A stretch of 64,000 nucleotides of DNA from assembly GCF_009914755.1 (NCBI RefSeq), contig NC_060929.1. One strand, 5' to 3'. The position numbers and the translations under genes are program-made. This document shows positions 1 through 14,934 of this stretch, piece by piece; position 1 is the stretch's first letter; each line of letters opens with the position of its first letter. Below the pieces are notes generated by a model. It was not told the DNA's origin, searched no databases, and saw only the letters and a list, made by a program, of their open reading frames with translations. Source of the DNA: the human T2T-CHM13v2.0 reference genome, Homo sapiens.

Positions 1-442
1 TTTGGCAAATAGTAAGCTGTATAATTCTTTGATATATTAAAAAGAAAAACTATGGACTCTACTGGCCTTGTCAGTATCTTGATTCAGATGAAGTTAAGTT
101 AAAATAAATACCGAAGTGCCTTCAAGTAACGATAAGGATGAAGGGAAGAAGCAAACCAGGAAAGACACTGGCTTGAGTACACTTACCATAGTATTGGTGG
201 ATGGATACACAGGCTGCTTGTTCTATGAATCCCAGATTTCTCTATCATCTGGTGAACCTACTTTCTTCCATCTACTGGGAAATGTCTCTGAGTCTGCCCC
301 ATATAAATGGTAGGATCATACAAAGCTTGAGATGGAGCCAATCAGCTGAACTTGCTGCCTCTTAAGGAAAGCCCTGGAAGCAGAAAGAATATTAAGATCA
401 TGACTAGTAAGCAGATAGGATGTTCTATTAAGAATAGAGTTA

Positions 443-785
<343 letters not shown>

Positions 786-1437
786 ATAGAGTTAACCCTG
801 TCTACTCATATTCTGCTTAATGGAATGAATCTTCAACCACTTCCCATTTTGTGACATTTGTTCTAAACTGATTAATGTGCTCTATTGACTGAAGCTCAAT
901 TCCATGTGCAATCTATCTTTGTAAATAGGAAATAATGAGGGTTGCCTGTCTTTCCAATTACAGTATTTTGGACTCACAGGAAAATGAGAAACAAGTCAAT
1001 ACAACTTAGCATCTATTTTCCAGGATTCTTTTTGATACAATACCCCAAAGTGAAACAGAACACCCCTCAAATGTAGAGATAGTTTTCTCTCCTGTGTTTC
1101 CTTTTCCAGTGTCATTAGCCTCCACTAACAACTCTGTAGTTCATGCTTGGGGAAACCATAAGGGCAAAATTAAATGGAAACTCAGGCAACTGAGTGCAAT
1201 AGTACAAACGGCGTAATGAATCCTTAGGGCCATTACACAATTTTCTGTTTTCATAGAAAATTTTAAGTGTCTATGCTTGTGGAGAAGATTTAGTACATAA
1301 AGTGCTAATGCAGAGGGAAGTTAGTGGTAGAGTCAATGTAGGCAAAATGTCTACAAGTACAAACACTCGCAAAAGACTCAAAATCTACATGTGCTGTATC
1401 TGTCTTATAGTGTTCCCTTGTAAACCATTTTTGTGCA

Positions 1438-2040
1438 TGTATTTGTTCAACACATATTTAACACCTATTCATGCATTGCACTGTTCTAGGAACTGGGGAA
1501 AGTATGGAGAACAAGGCATGGAGCTTATATTTTAATGAGGGAAAATAAAAAATTTCATAATTTTGCAATATATTTTCAGGTAGTGATCAGTGACTGAAAG
1601 ACAAATATAGCAAGGTAAGTGGCCATTTTTAGATATGATAATTAGGGAAGGCTTTTCTGAGGAGAGGACATTTAAGCAGAGGCTTGAATAAAGTGGAAGA
1701 AGGAACTGAAGATTTCTGGGGAAGAGGGTTCAGGTGGGAAAAGACAGCAGGTGCAAAGGCAGGTAACTGGAGAGTGCTTGGTGCAGATGAGGAACAGGAT
1801 GAAAGGCAATGTGGTTAGTGGGATGACAAGAGGTTGGAGAAGAAGCCAGGGGCCGTATTACATAGGGCTTGGTTGGCTATGACTTTATTCTTTGCATGAG
1901 TGGAAGCTGTTGGAAGTTTCTGAGCAAGGAAAGGAAATCAGCTGATTTATTATTTTAACAACTTATTGGCTTCTACTGATGAATGAAAGGCAGCAGGACA
2001 GGAGTAGAAGCGGAGGAACCAGATGGGGAATACTTACTGT
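1438..2040 (-). mobile_element. L2 LINE remnant (3' part)
   Basis: Degraded L2 hallmarks: TTCAACACATATTTAACACCTA...CACTGTTCTAGG, GGAAGGCTTTTCTGAGGAG..GACATTT, CAGCAGGTGCAAAGGC. Boundaries approximate. Confidence 0.7.
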
Positions 2041-2199
2041 TGTGCAATGACACCAGATCAGAAGAGGGACAAAGCAATTGAAGGTATGTACGTTTAGTTC
2101 CTCTTCGGTGTTCTACTTGAAGCAGGCCTCATGTGTCATTAGAGATTACATATATTTCTATTAGCAGTTTACATTTATTTCTATTGGTGCTTTACTTCT

Positions 2200-2605
2200 A
2201 ACTGGATAGTATTGTTTTATGTGGCAAAAGACAGAAAATGGAATAAATCCCCATAAACAGAGGAATGGTTGATTAAATTTTTACCATGAATTTATATAAA
2301 ATCCCCATAAACAGAGGAATGGCTGAGTAAATTCTTACCATAAATTATTATACAATCATTGGAAAGAGTGAGATAAGTGAATACTGGGAAGGACGTCCAG
2401 GATACACTTTTAAGTGAGAAAAAATGTGTATATTGTAGATATGTATACCTATAGCCTCATTTTTGAAAATCAAAGACAATTTCCAACTTCTATATATGTA
2501 TCAAAATATGTATATATACATATATATGAATATATAAGCATGGAAAGGGTATACAATTATACACACGGGTTGTTAATAGATTGCCAACATTGGTTACTTG
2601 GGTAA
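2200..2605 (+). mobile_element. Ancient L1ME-like 3' region fragment
   Basis: Resembles the L1M 3' end (...CCCATAAACAGAGGAATGG..AAATT...TACTGGGAAGGACGTCCAGGATACACTTTTAAGTGAGAAAA); heavily diverged. Confidence 0.55.
2245..2352. repeat. 54-bp tandem duplication (2 copies)
   Basis: AAATCCCCATAAACAGAGGAATGG.TGA.TAAATT.TTACCAT.AATT occurs at 2245 and again at 2299. Confidence 0.9.
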
Positions 2606-4404
2606 GACTAGGTAGACATTAAGTACTTAAGTAGCATCTATGTACTTTGGTGGCAGAAACTCTGAAGTAAAAATGACACATCCCAGTACAAACCAGGTGG
2701 AATAAGCCTAGTGTGGGGCATAGGAGATGATCTAGAATTGTGTAAGAATTAGGCCTTTAGCCACAGTAATTAAGGGTTATTATCAGTTCGTTAAGGAGGG
2801 ATTGGAGTTGGATCCTAAACTCCACTGTGTATCTTTTATATGTAGTTTTATACAATTATATATGAAAAAGTATGTAAAATTCTTGGTTAAAAATATTTCA
2901 GAAATAAACTAAGAAAATATTTAATTCATAATGTTTTGCATCTTTAACATATGCATGAATGCATGATATAATGTACTTTTGAGCATATTAAAGAATGAAG
3001 TGAGTAGGCACTGAATTTGGAATGGGGTGTATATGTGTTTTCAACCATTCTGAATGATCAAGTAGAAAAAGAGTTGTGCAGGTTGTTAAAGACAGACTTC
3101 ACCCATTTGGCGTGGGGTCTGCTCAGGAGAGAGGTGTAGCCACTATAGGCTTAGATTTCTTAAGCTAGTATCATATACTTTATCTCTGGGGAAGTTTCTC
3201 CTCTATATTTTTGATATTTTTGACCTTCAGCCAACACACTTCCTATGAAATCTGTGTTTAAGCAAGAACATTTGGTCTCTATAGTAACATTTAGTAATGA
3301 AAGCAATGCCTGTATTCAAACCTTCGTCACTGTGACGGTAACTATACTCAAAGGAATTCTGGGAAGAGGAGTGGTTTCTTCACCTCCTGAACTCTAGCAT
3401 GCGACCATCTTCGACAGACTTTTCATTCTGGCTAGAATAGCATGGCCTACGTAGTTCTCTGTGTTGAAATTTGGCAGGGTAGCTCGCTAGTGACCAAATA
3501 GTCATTTTAACAAGCTCTGCTGATCATTGAGCCATATTTCTTCATCTGCTTTGACTTTTAAAGTGATTATATGTGAGTAGTATCTCATGGGAGACCGAGG
3601 AAAAGAAAGAGGGTTTTTTTTTCTTTCTTTTTTTTTTTTTTTTTTACCTTTTGGAAAGGCTGTTCATTCAGTTTTTTAAAAATTGCCAGAAAACTCCATT
3701 GTTTATAATTTTTTCCATTGTAGTCTACTATATTTGCCAAGAAAAATCTTGCACCATACCAACTTGTGTTAGTAAAACAAATGGCTCCTTTCACAATACA
3801 GCTCAGTGTATTTGTATATTTATATGAGTTTTCCAGCATTGCTATGGGGGAAAGAATCAGCTGCATTCACACATATTTTGTTTTCCCTTGTGTGTAAGCT
3901 TTGACCCCCTAAAGTAGCTTCCAGTGAACCCATAGGCCATGGATTAGTTGCAGGCATTTTACTAAGGCTTCAGTTGGATGGAGTTTTCCTGGATTCCTTG
4001 AAACACATACGGTGTTTTTAGGGAGTTTGAACTAGTTTTAATATCTGGGTAAATTATGAGTGAACAAATGACATGAATTGTGCCCTGGGTGTCTCACATT
4101 GCTAGAAAGAACTGAAGGTTACTGACACTTAGTTGGCAATTATATCATTTGTATAGGCTAACTAATAGCAATTTGTGACCAACTGATAAACATGGTGCCA
4201 GGCTATTCAGCTGGTCTGGACTGGAGGCAGACCTTGTGCCATCCATGTGGCCTTCTATGCTTAATTGACTATGTTTCCTGACAGTTTCACTGTTGGTCAA
4301 TATACAGTGTAGGAAAATTTTTTCAAAAGTCTCAAATAATTTATAATTTATATGATTTATTTCTCCAAGGAGCTAAAAGACATTTTCAATAGTCTCACAC
4401 TTCA

Positions 4405-4615
4405 CTTCTTATATCTAACCACTTGTTAGTAAAGTTATCTTGGACAAATGACTTCACTTTTCTGACTTTTGGTTTCCTCCACTGTAAAATAAGGGTAAAA
4501 ATATCAATTTTATAAACCTATTGTGAGAACTGAGTAAAATAACATAAAATGTCTGAGGGCAGTATTAGGCACATAACAGGCCTTCTATAAATAGGAACTG
4601 CTACTATTATTAATA
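4405..4615 (+). mobile_element. MIR SINE
   Basis: MIR core CTTGGACAAATGACTTCACTTTTCTGAC..GGTTTCCTCCACTGTAAAATAAGGG...TTGTGAGAACTGAG...GGCACATA. Confidence 0.75.
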
Positions 4616-4928
4616 TTTTGATTAGATTTAGCTAGGATGATGTCGGTTGGTTATTTCTATGGATATTTCTAAGGGATAGGTGAGTGAATCTGGATAAGAG
4701 TGAAAGACAACATAGGTAGGTTGTTATTCTGTTTTTTGATACATCAAGGAGGCCTCTGAAAACAAAACTGAGAAGCTCTGAGTTGTGCTTTAGCACTTTT
4801 TAACCGCCCAATGACCAGGATGTTTCAATTATAGCATGGAGAATTTGGCCATCTTCTGTGATATATTCCACTTTTGGACTGAAACCAATCTTGAGGAACT
4901 TTTGGAAATCTCAATTCTACACTGTGAA

Positions 4929-4983
4929 ATGCTTCCAAGGGCAATATGCTTCCAAGGGCATTATGCTTCCAAGGGCAATATGC
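4929..4983. repeat. 17-bp minisatellite, about 3.2 copies (ATGCTTCCAAGGGCAAT)
   Basis: Units at 4929, 4946 and 4963 with one mismatch in total. Confidence 0.95.
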
Positions 4984-7900
4984 AGTATTTTGATGTTCAG
5001 TTGATCACATCTCACCACACTGGTGCCAAAAAAAAAAAAAAAAAAAAAAGGCCAACACAAATTACCTATGCCTTAAGGTGAAATATTTAACATAAGCCAG
5101 AATGTTGCCAGCATTTTGGCCAGTATAGAAAAGTCCATAATTCTTTCTCAGTTTTATTGTCATTGTAAGATAGAATAGCATAAAAAACCCCAAAGCATTT
5201 TAAGCAATTGAACTTCTCTTTGTGTCTAGAGTTCCGCATATCTAGCTTGGCGATGGAGGAAGCAGCAATAGGAAAAGAACTAGGGCAATTACCAACTCTT
5301 TGTCACTGGGGGTTTCCCAAGTGAAAGACAGCTACTAGTGATTTTGAGACATCATCCTGCCATGTCAGAACATGTCATGCACAGGATCTCAAATAGAATA
5401 ATTTTGTGAATAGTTGGTTTCCTAGGTGCCAACTTCACAGTGCGTTGTAATAAATCATCGAAAACCATGGGAGGAGTATTGACTGCTTGTGTGGCTAAGA
5501 GAGCAATTTTCTGCTACTGTTTAATCTGGTAGTGAAATTTCTTCCATAAGTGTGCAAGAAACTGCTCTCTAGTCAACAGAGAGCTGGGTCCAGATTGCAA
5601 GTGTTATTTGATGGTGTCACTGCTCTTCTAACATTGGCATGAAATACTAGGACATCAGCTTTTATGATGCCAATCATGAACATTTCTGTTTGTGGGAAAT
5701 TACTATGGCAAGGTTCTTAATTGACAAACATAAACTCACAGTAAAACTATTCTTTCAGGTTTAGCTTTAATATGTAGGAATTTGAGGACTAAAATGGTAT
5801 CAGAGTATTTCCATCATAGAATATCCATGTTTACCTTCAACATAAATCAATCAGTTAGTGATACCAATGACTTTTCTATAATTCTACAATCTTTATTTCA
5901 GAAACAACTCTCAGAGGTCTTCAATCCTACATCCCCATTCCACAAGCAGTGGTATTGTTGCTTGTGGATTTATTAACTTATAGTTAATTAAAAATAATAG
6001 TAATAATCTGTGACACACCTTTAGCAAGAAGAACTTAATGTGAGTTTTATTTGCTGAATTCTGTGTCCCTTTTATCTCCATCGCCTTAGTTTTTCTTTAT
6101 TTGATTTTCTTCCTAATGTGTTTTAAAGTTATTGTGTCTTGATGTGTTATGAGTTTCTTTTGAAGATGCTGTAAATCCTTTCTGGAATAAGTCATACTAC
6201 CAACAAACAAATAAAAAACAAATATTCATTTGTAATAATTGGACCACCCAGTAGAAATATGCCGGTAGTCTTTCTCCTTAAAAGAGTAATAGCATTGTTG
6301 TTATTTCATCATTTCTCCTTCCTTTCTTTGAAATCATTATCCTGTGGCTTTGAGAATTCCCATAGAGGAACAAATAATCCATTTGCTTCTAGAATTGCTG
6401 ACAAGCATAAGGAAATTTTGTCAGAGGTGGCTTGTGTATAGGGAGCAAAAATATAACTTTTGTTTTTGGCTTTCTGGAAACCTACAGACTGAGGTGTAGG
6501 CCATATCTTACACGGGTATTACATCAGTCAGGAAATTGGCTGTTGAACAAGTTTTTTTATCTTTTCATGAATGATGGCACAGCTCATTATGTCAAACAGG
6601 AAGTAGGCCCTTGCCAGAGGGTGGAATATGTCTTACAATGATAAAAAAAAAAAGTACGCTAACTTAGCAGATTTCAGTAAATGGGAGAAATTATAATGTG
6701 GTCTCCTTTTAACTATTTTAACATTCACTTAAATTCAATGAGAGAAAAGGAAAAAATGATTTAAGCACCAGACAGTGGGGTTGTAGAATGAAAATGGGAA
6801 TTGCAGAGGCTTCTCTATTAGTTCATCTGCCAAATACCTGCAGAGTTGCTTTTCAATTATGTGTCTGGTTCAGGTAAGAACTGGCTGGTTTCTGACAGTG
6901 GTCTTTCAGATGGGACATTACCGAGGAGGCAAGATGCACAAGAGGCTAATGCTCATTTCCTGTGAAAGGAACCAAGGATGTCAATGTAAATTGGAAAGGA
7001 TAGAAACTGGGCAGGCATGTGGGGCTTTGGCTTACATTTCAGGAACATGTTGTGTCTAGTGATTGCTCACAATTGCGAAAAGAAAAAGCGAAGGAAAGGG
7101 GCTCCACTTGACAACAACTGCATTTCAATAAATTCTACCCTTGAACCAATGTCAGGAGGTAGGTTTCCTTTCAAAAAGTTCTCAATAAAAGTCAAGTCTT
7201 CACTGAATTCATTATTCCACAGACATCTGCATTTGAGGAATACTTAAAATTCTTCTCATATCAATGGCTTTAAATGTTATTCAATAGTAATTCTTTGGGT
7301 CTTTGAAGCTTTCAGCTAAAGTTTTGGTCTATGACTCAGCGTTACCTTGTTATTGCCTAACTGTTGCCATCTTTCATGCCAGGAAGCTCTTTACTGAAAC
7401 TATTTGTTAAGATATGCTATGCATTCCTCTCAAAAGAAAAATTATTTTAATGTGCTTTGTTTTAATCAAGCTTGTTTATTTATATTCATTTCAGCATTTT
7501 TATTTGAATCATCATAACAGAGGAGGTAATTAAAATGAAATACTGAGATATACATTTATTTTGAATTTTCTTGTGTTTCTTTAAAAATGAAATGTATCCT
7601 TTATGCATAATGATAAATGTTATAATAAATTTTGAATTTTATTCTTTCTGGATTTGGGAGGTTATTTTGATAAATATTAACAGAAGAGTGTTAAGAAATT
7701 ATTCTCTAATTTCTGAGCTAGGTCATACATTTATTTAGCAATTACTTAAGGATAAAAATGAAGATTTAAAAAAAAAAACCTTTCAGAGCACTCTGAAGAC
7801 CCAGTTTAAACTGCATACTTTAAAAGAATCAGCAAAGTCAGATTTCAGGGAAATCAAAACAGTTAGGAAGTTCTTTTCATCAGTGAGATTGGTGATGAAT

Positions 7901-10040
7901 AATATATATGTCTTTCTGGTGGTGTGATACATTAACTCACCTGTGTGGGAAGTTAGTATAGCAATGGAACGATCTTGGTGGTTTTGTTCTATATGGGGAG
8001 GTTTAATTCTGTCTTGTTGCCTTAATGATGAATGTAGTCTGGTGTTGCTGACACAAACATCTCTTCTTTTCATCACCCTGACTTCCTCAATGGGGATAGA
8101 AAAAGGGTTTTTACAAACAGAAGTGTTTTATAGAGCAGATATTTACACCCTAGAATGATCTATATGTTCACTAGCACTATCCCCCAGCCCTAAAATTGCA
8201 AAGCAATGATGCTTGAAAAGGAGATTTTGAAAAAGCAATAATATCTTTTTTCATATTTTGCTTTTGTATCATCCATTTTAGACTATTTCTTTTGGTCTGT
8301 TTAAATCTTAAATTGTGGAAACACTGAAATCTCTATGGGTCCTGTAGAAAATGGAAGTATTTAAATAAAACTGCTGTAATTTGGGAGTATGATATTTATA
8401 CCACTCCATGAATATTGCTTTTACTGTGTATTTAAACATTGTATTAAGGACGAGTGAACTGACCTACACAGTGTCAGCTTGACACAAACCAGAGGCAGAC
8501 AAAATGAGGGGCCAGGTACTACATCTTCCACTAGAATATTGTACCATTTGCAAAAACACTGCATTTCACTATTCACACAGTAAGTGACCAATGGTGAACC
8601 CTGAGACAGAAATGATTTAGAGATATTGTGTAGAGGTATTACTAAAACTTAATGTAAAGACCTAAGTCTTACGCATTCAGGAATTTCATTTTTGATGTTA
8701 AGATTGGAATGAAGAAAACCATGGAAGAATGTAGCAAGATTTAAAAACTGTCTTAAAGTATCTATGAGAGTGAAATATTTGATGGTTATTTAATGCCAAT
8801 TCCTTACAAGGATTAACATTTTTCTTGTGAAAGCTACCCTTTATAATGCAACAATGAAAACCTGACTCCAACAAGTGTATTTCTACACATGTGGCTAGTG
8901 TACTCTGTTTGAATCATTAAAAACAAAAAAACAAAAAAACACAGACCTTACTTTCCAAATGGGTAGAATTATTTGCCAAAAATTATAGTTCTCAATAGAC
9001 TCTCTCCTCAAATCACTTTAATTACAACTCATGTTTGAAATGATCAGCAGGATCTTTTTTTATGCTTGATGTGGAAATTATATCTAGGCCTCTCATCATT
9101 TCTTTTCTGAGTTGAAGGGTTGGCTGAAGAGTTTTATAATGTCTTCCGGTTGGCATCTGGACTTAGTAGTAAGCAGTCAACACATGTTAGGTCAGGCAGG
9201 AGCAGGACCAGAAGGCAAGGCTGGGGACAGAGTGAATAATGAAGTTTTAGGGCTAAATTAGAGGTTAGAGCCTCATAGATGAGGCCAAACTGGACTTTTT
9301 CAAATTTTGAGAAGGCAGTTTGGGGTGGACATTCAGAGGTTCAAACAGAGCAGAGGTTATAGGCAAATGCATAGTTAGAGGATGCAGAACTCAGTGTGTA
9401 AGGCAGCTTGGTGACAGGGAGAAAACAGATTTGTATCCAGGGATCCCAGACAGGGTTTTGTACGGAGGTTTATGTTAGGCCAGTGGGCATAGGAAAAATA
9501 ATAGGACCCAGGAGACGAGGGAAATTTTCTCAAACTCTGAACAGTTAGGTGGGTTCATACAATATCATGTTAATCTCAGGGCTGGGATAATTTCTCTTTT
9601 ATTCCTTGAAAATAATTTTTTTAGAACAAACTTGGGCCCTTATAGTTTTAGTAATCCTTCCCCGCTTTTTTCTATACTAAAGAAAAAAGAAATAGGATGG
9701 GTTGCTACAATTTGTCCATAAAAAACTTGTACCATTATGAAGGTGGAGAGAAGAATGGGTTTGTTACATAGGATTCAAGACTTGTATTTGAATTGACCTC
9801 TAATTTTGTCTAGGAGAAGAGAAGCTCCTGGACTACCCTGGGGTTGAACTCCTAGTTTCTCTTTCATGATCTTTGTTTTCTCATGCTCATTCTGTTGCAC
9901 TTTGGAAATATGAGTAGTAACTTCCAGAGGGATAAGAAGAACCTATAGATTAGGAGGGTTAGGTGAGGGTCTTGGTTGGAAGGGTTTTCTATGAGAAAGC
10001 AGTATGTTTAATCAAAAATGAATTCAGAACCATTTTATTT

Positions 10041-12169
10041 ATTTACTTAAAAATGTTTTATTTTTAATTTTCATGGGTACATAGTAGGTATATATATTCA
10101 TAGTTACATGAGATATTTTGATATAGGCATGCAATGCATAGTAATCACATCAGGATACATGGGGTATCCATCACCTCAAGCATTTATCCTTTGTGTTGAC
10201 AAACCATCCGCTTATACTGTCTTAGTTATTTTGAAATGTACAATTAAATTGTTTTTGACTATAGTCAACCTGTAGTGCTAGCAAATCCTAGGTCTCATTC
10301 ATTCTTTCTATTTTTCTTATACTCTTTAAACATCTCCAGTTTCCCTCCACCCCAGCTACTCTTCCCAGCCTCTGATAAGCATTTTCTCTCTGTGTGGGTT
10401 TAATCATTTTAATTTTTAGCTCCCACAAGTAAGTGAGAACATGTGAAGTTTGTTTTTCTCTGCCTGGCTTATTCCACTTAACATAACGACCTCCATTTCC
10501 ATCCATGTTGTTGCAAATGACAGGATCTCATTCTTTTTCTACAGCTGAATAGTACTCCATTATGTATATGTACCATATTTTCTTTATGCATTCATCTGTT
10601 GATGGACACTTAGGTTGCTTCCAAATCTTGAGTATCATGAACGGTGCTGCAATAAACATGGAAGTGCAGATATCTCTTTGAAATACTGACTTCCTTCCCT
10701 TTGGGCATATACCCAGCAGTGGGATTGCTGGGTCATACGGTAGCTCAATTTTGAGTTTTCTTAGGAACCTCCAAACTGTTCTCCATAGTACTTGTACTAA
10801 TTTACATTCCCACCAACAGTGTACAAAGTTTCCTTTTTCTCCACATTCTCTCCAGCATTTATTATTGCCTGTTTTTTTGGATATAAGCCATTTTAACTGG
10901 GGTGAGATTATATCTCATTATAGTTTTGATTTGCATTCTCTGATGATCAGTGATGGTGAATACTTTTCATATGCTTGTTTGCCATTTGTATATCTTCTTT
11001 TGAGAAATGTCTTTTCAAATCTTTTGCCCATTTTTTAATTAAATTATTAGTTTTTTTAGAGTTGTTTGAGCTCCTTGTATATTCTGGTTATTAACCCCTT
11101 GTCAGATGGATTGTTGAAACTATTTTCTCTCATTCTGTGGGTTGTCTCTTCACTTTATTGTCTCTTTTGCTGTTCAGAAGCTTTTTAACTTGATGTGATC
11201 CCATCAGTTCATTTTTGCTTTGGTTGTCTGTATATGGAGGGTATTGCTCAAGAAATTTTTGCCCAGACCAATGTCCTGGAGAGTTTTCCTGATGCTTTCT
11301 TGTGGTAGTTTCTAGCGTGAGGTCTTAGATTAAAATTGAAGAAAAATAATTTACTCCATTTTGATTTGATTTTTGTCTGTGTTGAGAGGTAGAGGTCTAG
11401 TTTCACTTTTCTGCATATGGATATCCAGTTTTAACAGCAAACTGTTTTCTCCAGGGTATGTTGACAACTTTGTTGAAAATAAGTTCACTGTAAGTGTGTA
11501 AGTTTGTTTCTGAGCTCTCTGTTTCACTGGTCTGTTTGTTTTTATGCCAGTACCAGGCTGTTTTGGTTATTATAGTTTTGTAGAATAATTTGAAGTCAGG
11601 TAATGTGATTTCTCCACTTTTGTTCTTTATGCTTAGGATAACTTTGGCTATTCTAGGTCTTTTGTAGTTCTGCATACATTTTAGGATTGTTTTTTCTATT
11701 TCTGTGAAGAATGTTATTGGTATTTTTGTAGGGATTGCATTAAATCTGTAGATTGCTTTGGGTAGCATGGACATTTTAACAATATTGATTCTTCCAATAT
11801 ATGAACATGAACTATCTTTCCTTTTTTTCTTTCCTCTTCAATTTCTTTCATCAGTGTTTTATACTTTTCATTATAGAGATCTTTCACTTCTTTGGTTAAG
11901 TCAGTTCCTAGGTATTTCATTTTATGGGTGGCTATTGTAAATTGGATCACTTTCTTGATTTATTTTTCAGACTCTTCACTGTTGGCAAATAAAAATGCTA
12001 CTGATTTTTACATGTTGCTTTTGTATCCTGCAACTTTACTAAATTCGTTTATCAGTTGTAATAGGTTTTAGGTGGAGTCTTCAGATTTTTCCAAATAGGA
12101 GATCAAATTATCTGCAAACAAGGCTAATTTGACTTCTTCCTTTCCAGTTTGGATGCCTTTTACTTCTTT
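10041..12169 (-). mobile_element. 5'-truncated L1MA2/3-like LINE-1 (ORF2 C-terminal part + 3'UTR)
   Basis: ORF2 fragments 11403-11950 ([19 protein letters not shown]); L1MA-type 3'UTR; degraded TSD AGAACCATTTTATTT (10026) / AGAACTGTTTAATTT (12170). Confidence 0.92.
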
Positions 12170-12709
12170 AGAACTGTTTAATTTTGAAAAAATATGCATG
12201 AAAAACATGGATAGTGATGATCTTACCAAAGAACCATGGAAAAATATATGAACATTTAGAAGAAATGGTTTTGTAGGGACCAGACAATGCTGTGCTCATA
12301 GGTGGGAGAAAACATGTGACTCAGGCACCAGGTATTTTCTGTTCCAGAATCATTCACTTTCTAGCACACGATATTTCAGCTGAACTGTTAAAATCCCAGC
12401 GTCACTTTATTTCATGTATTTATCTTACTGATCTTGATTGGAAACTTGGAGTCTTAGAGCTCCTTTTATTTTCTTCAGTGTATTTCTTCTGGATCTGGTA
12501 TTTTTCATGGGCCAGTAGCTATATTAAGCATCTTAAAAGGTATCTTCTTTATATGTTCCTTTAGGTGGTTCAGTTGTTTCTAACATGAATGTCTCTCATG
12601 GCTCTGAATTTTATGATGATTATATTTCTTTGATACATCTAGCATTATTTGAATGACGATCTCTTGGTCCAGAAAGTCTAGAAGGCATTTGTGTTTTTAT
12701 ATTACCATC

Positions 12710-13093
12710 TGTATTAGTCCGTTTTCATACTGCTATAAAGAAGTACCTAAGATTGGGTAATTTATACAGGAAAGAGGTTTAATTGGCTCACAGTTTTGCA
12801 CGGCTGGGAGGCCTCAGGACACTTACAATCATAGTGGGAGGGGAAGTAGACACCTTCTTTACAAGGTGGCAGGAGAGAGAAAGAGTGCATGAAGGAGGAA
12901 CTGCCAAACACCTTAAAAATCATCAGCTCTTGTGAGAAATCCTTCACTACCACAAGAACAGCATGGGGGAAACTGCCTCATGATCCAGTCACCTCCCTCC
13001 CTCAACATGTGGGGATTACAGGTCCCTCCTTCAACACATGGGGATAAAAATCAGGATGAGATTTGGATGGGGACACAAAGCCAAACCATATCA
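12710..13093 (-). mobile_element. MaLR solo LTR (MSTA/THE1D-like)
   Basis: TGTATTAGTCC...GCCAAACCATATCA termini; 5-bp TSD CCATC/CTATC. Confidence 0.92.
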
Positions 13094-14934
13094 CTATCTC
13101 TGAAAATATAATTGCCTTAGTTGGAAGCAAAAATGATCATGGGTTACTTTAGGCCTAATTCAAGTGTGTGGAACAGTTGAGCATCTAATTCAAAGTCCTG
13201 TTCAGCAATGCCTTGTCCGCATGTCTTTTTGAATCTCTTCTGGCATATTGTCTCCTAATTTCAAACTTCTTTGGTTTCTCTTTGGGCCATGGGTGCAACA
13301 TGTCTGGTGTACTCAAGGTCCAGTGTCACCAGACCAAAGACTTGGGGGAGTACCATTTGAAAGGGAATAAGATGAAATAGAAAAGTAGACCTCATAGTGT
13401 GTTAGAAACAAGTGCATAGGAATAAGGATAATGTAAGAAGATATCTCTTTGACAAGAAGCTGAAACAAAAGCACAGGACATCAAGGAAAAGCTTTATATG
13501 CATTAACATTTCAAGACATAATGCAAGTACTCTCTAGGTTTTCAAAGTTTTGAGAAGAGAAGTATAATAAGTGGCTTGAAGGTTATTAAGGATTGCCACC
13601 AAGAAAGGCCTCCTACGCACATGCCTAACAATGGGATTCCAAACAACTGCCTATATTAAAATAATAACATAAGGAAATAATTGGAAGAACTGGCCTAATT
13701 ATATTAAAGATGGGTGGCCCCTTATCACCTTCACGAAGGAAGTATAAGGAGGGAATCTGGATCAAGTCAAAAGAGGGTAAAACAGGAAAAGGGGAGGTGG
13801 TTTTACAGAAATACACAAACCCAACTGAATTTTCATGACTGAAAATTCTTGGACACTAGAGACCTATTATTGCTTCTGCTAACTGGTCAAATTTTTGTAG
13901 GTGACACATCCTTAACAGAACATTCATATTGCCTCAGAAATTCTTCTAATTTGCATCCCTATTAGAAAGAAACCATGGTGTAATAAAAGGAAAAATTCCA
14001 TTCTCCTGGAGGCTTCTCTGGATTGGCTGCAACTGGGGCAGTTCAGGAAGGCTAGTGGGTTGGGCCTACCCCAAGTGTAGATTAGAAGAGAAACTCAACA
14101 ATATCCTGGATGTTTACACTGACATTTGGAAAGTGGATACTTCCAAAATTTTAATGTTGAGTTCCATATCACAGTTGATTTTGTTCATCATGGTGCCACT
14201 GTTTGTATTAATATGAGTGACTTCTCCAGATGTGATCTTTCAAAGACTGTGGGGTCCAGTTTCAATCGTTTGATTTCTTTAGTTGTTTTGAACTTATAAT
14301 TACATGGTTGGTGGATTTTGTGACATTCAGTCATGAGATTTCAATGTTCCATAGAATTTGATCCAAGAGTTCTACTTTGTAAACTTTCTTAATCACCTTT
14401 ATCCTCAAACCATGGGGTGGTAATAGACTAGGGAATTGGGAATCACACATCATTGGCTGAGTTCCCAAACAGCACATCTGGGAAAAATGCACCCAAGAGG
14501 AAAGCCCAGGGCTTTAGCTCTATAAGCAGTGCTTTGGAAACTAGCAGAAAGTCCTTTTCTCCCCATTACTACTCCTAGAATGGAATCTTTGGAGTACATA
14601 TGAAAATTGAGAGTCCTAAAAATCTCATCTTAGAATAAGTAGCACCTGGGGCACCTGAGATCATTAAAGGGAGCCAAGGAATTTTCCATTCCCGCAGCCC
14701 CAAAGCCTTTGGTGATGTCTAACTCCTCCAGGGGCCCCACTCTCAGTTTTCAGAAGAATACTTTCCCAAATTGTTTGGGTAGCACTTCATTTTTTTGTAT
14801 CATTTATCTGAGTGACTGTTATTTCTATTCTTAGCTCCATTACCATCGACTTCCTTCCAAAATAAATTAAAAAGACTTTTATTCCTAAAGAAAAAGAAAA
14901 GTTCCTTTCTTCCTTCTCTCTTTAATTCTTTTTT

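Noticed and set aside
5358-5378. p53-like paired CATG half-sites
   Set aside because: Four mismatches to RRRCWWGYYY x2; expected by chance in 64 kb.
12990-13050. Internal ~29-bp duplication in the MaLR LTR
   Set aside because: I recall similar duplications in other MST/THE1 copies, so it is probably a subfamily trait; not verified.
12240-14760. Possible processed pseudogene in the unique sequence around the MaLR LTR
   Set aside because: No recognisable protein motif, polyA or TSD in the frames I read; a tBLASTx search would be needed.
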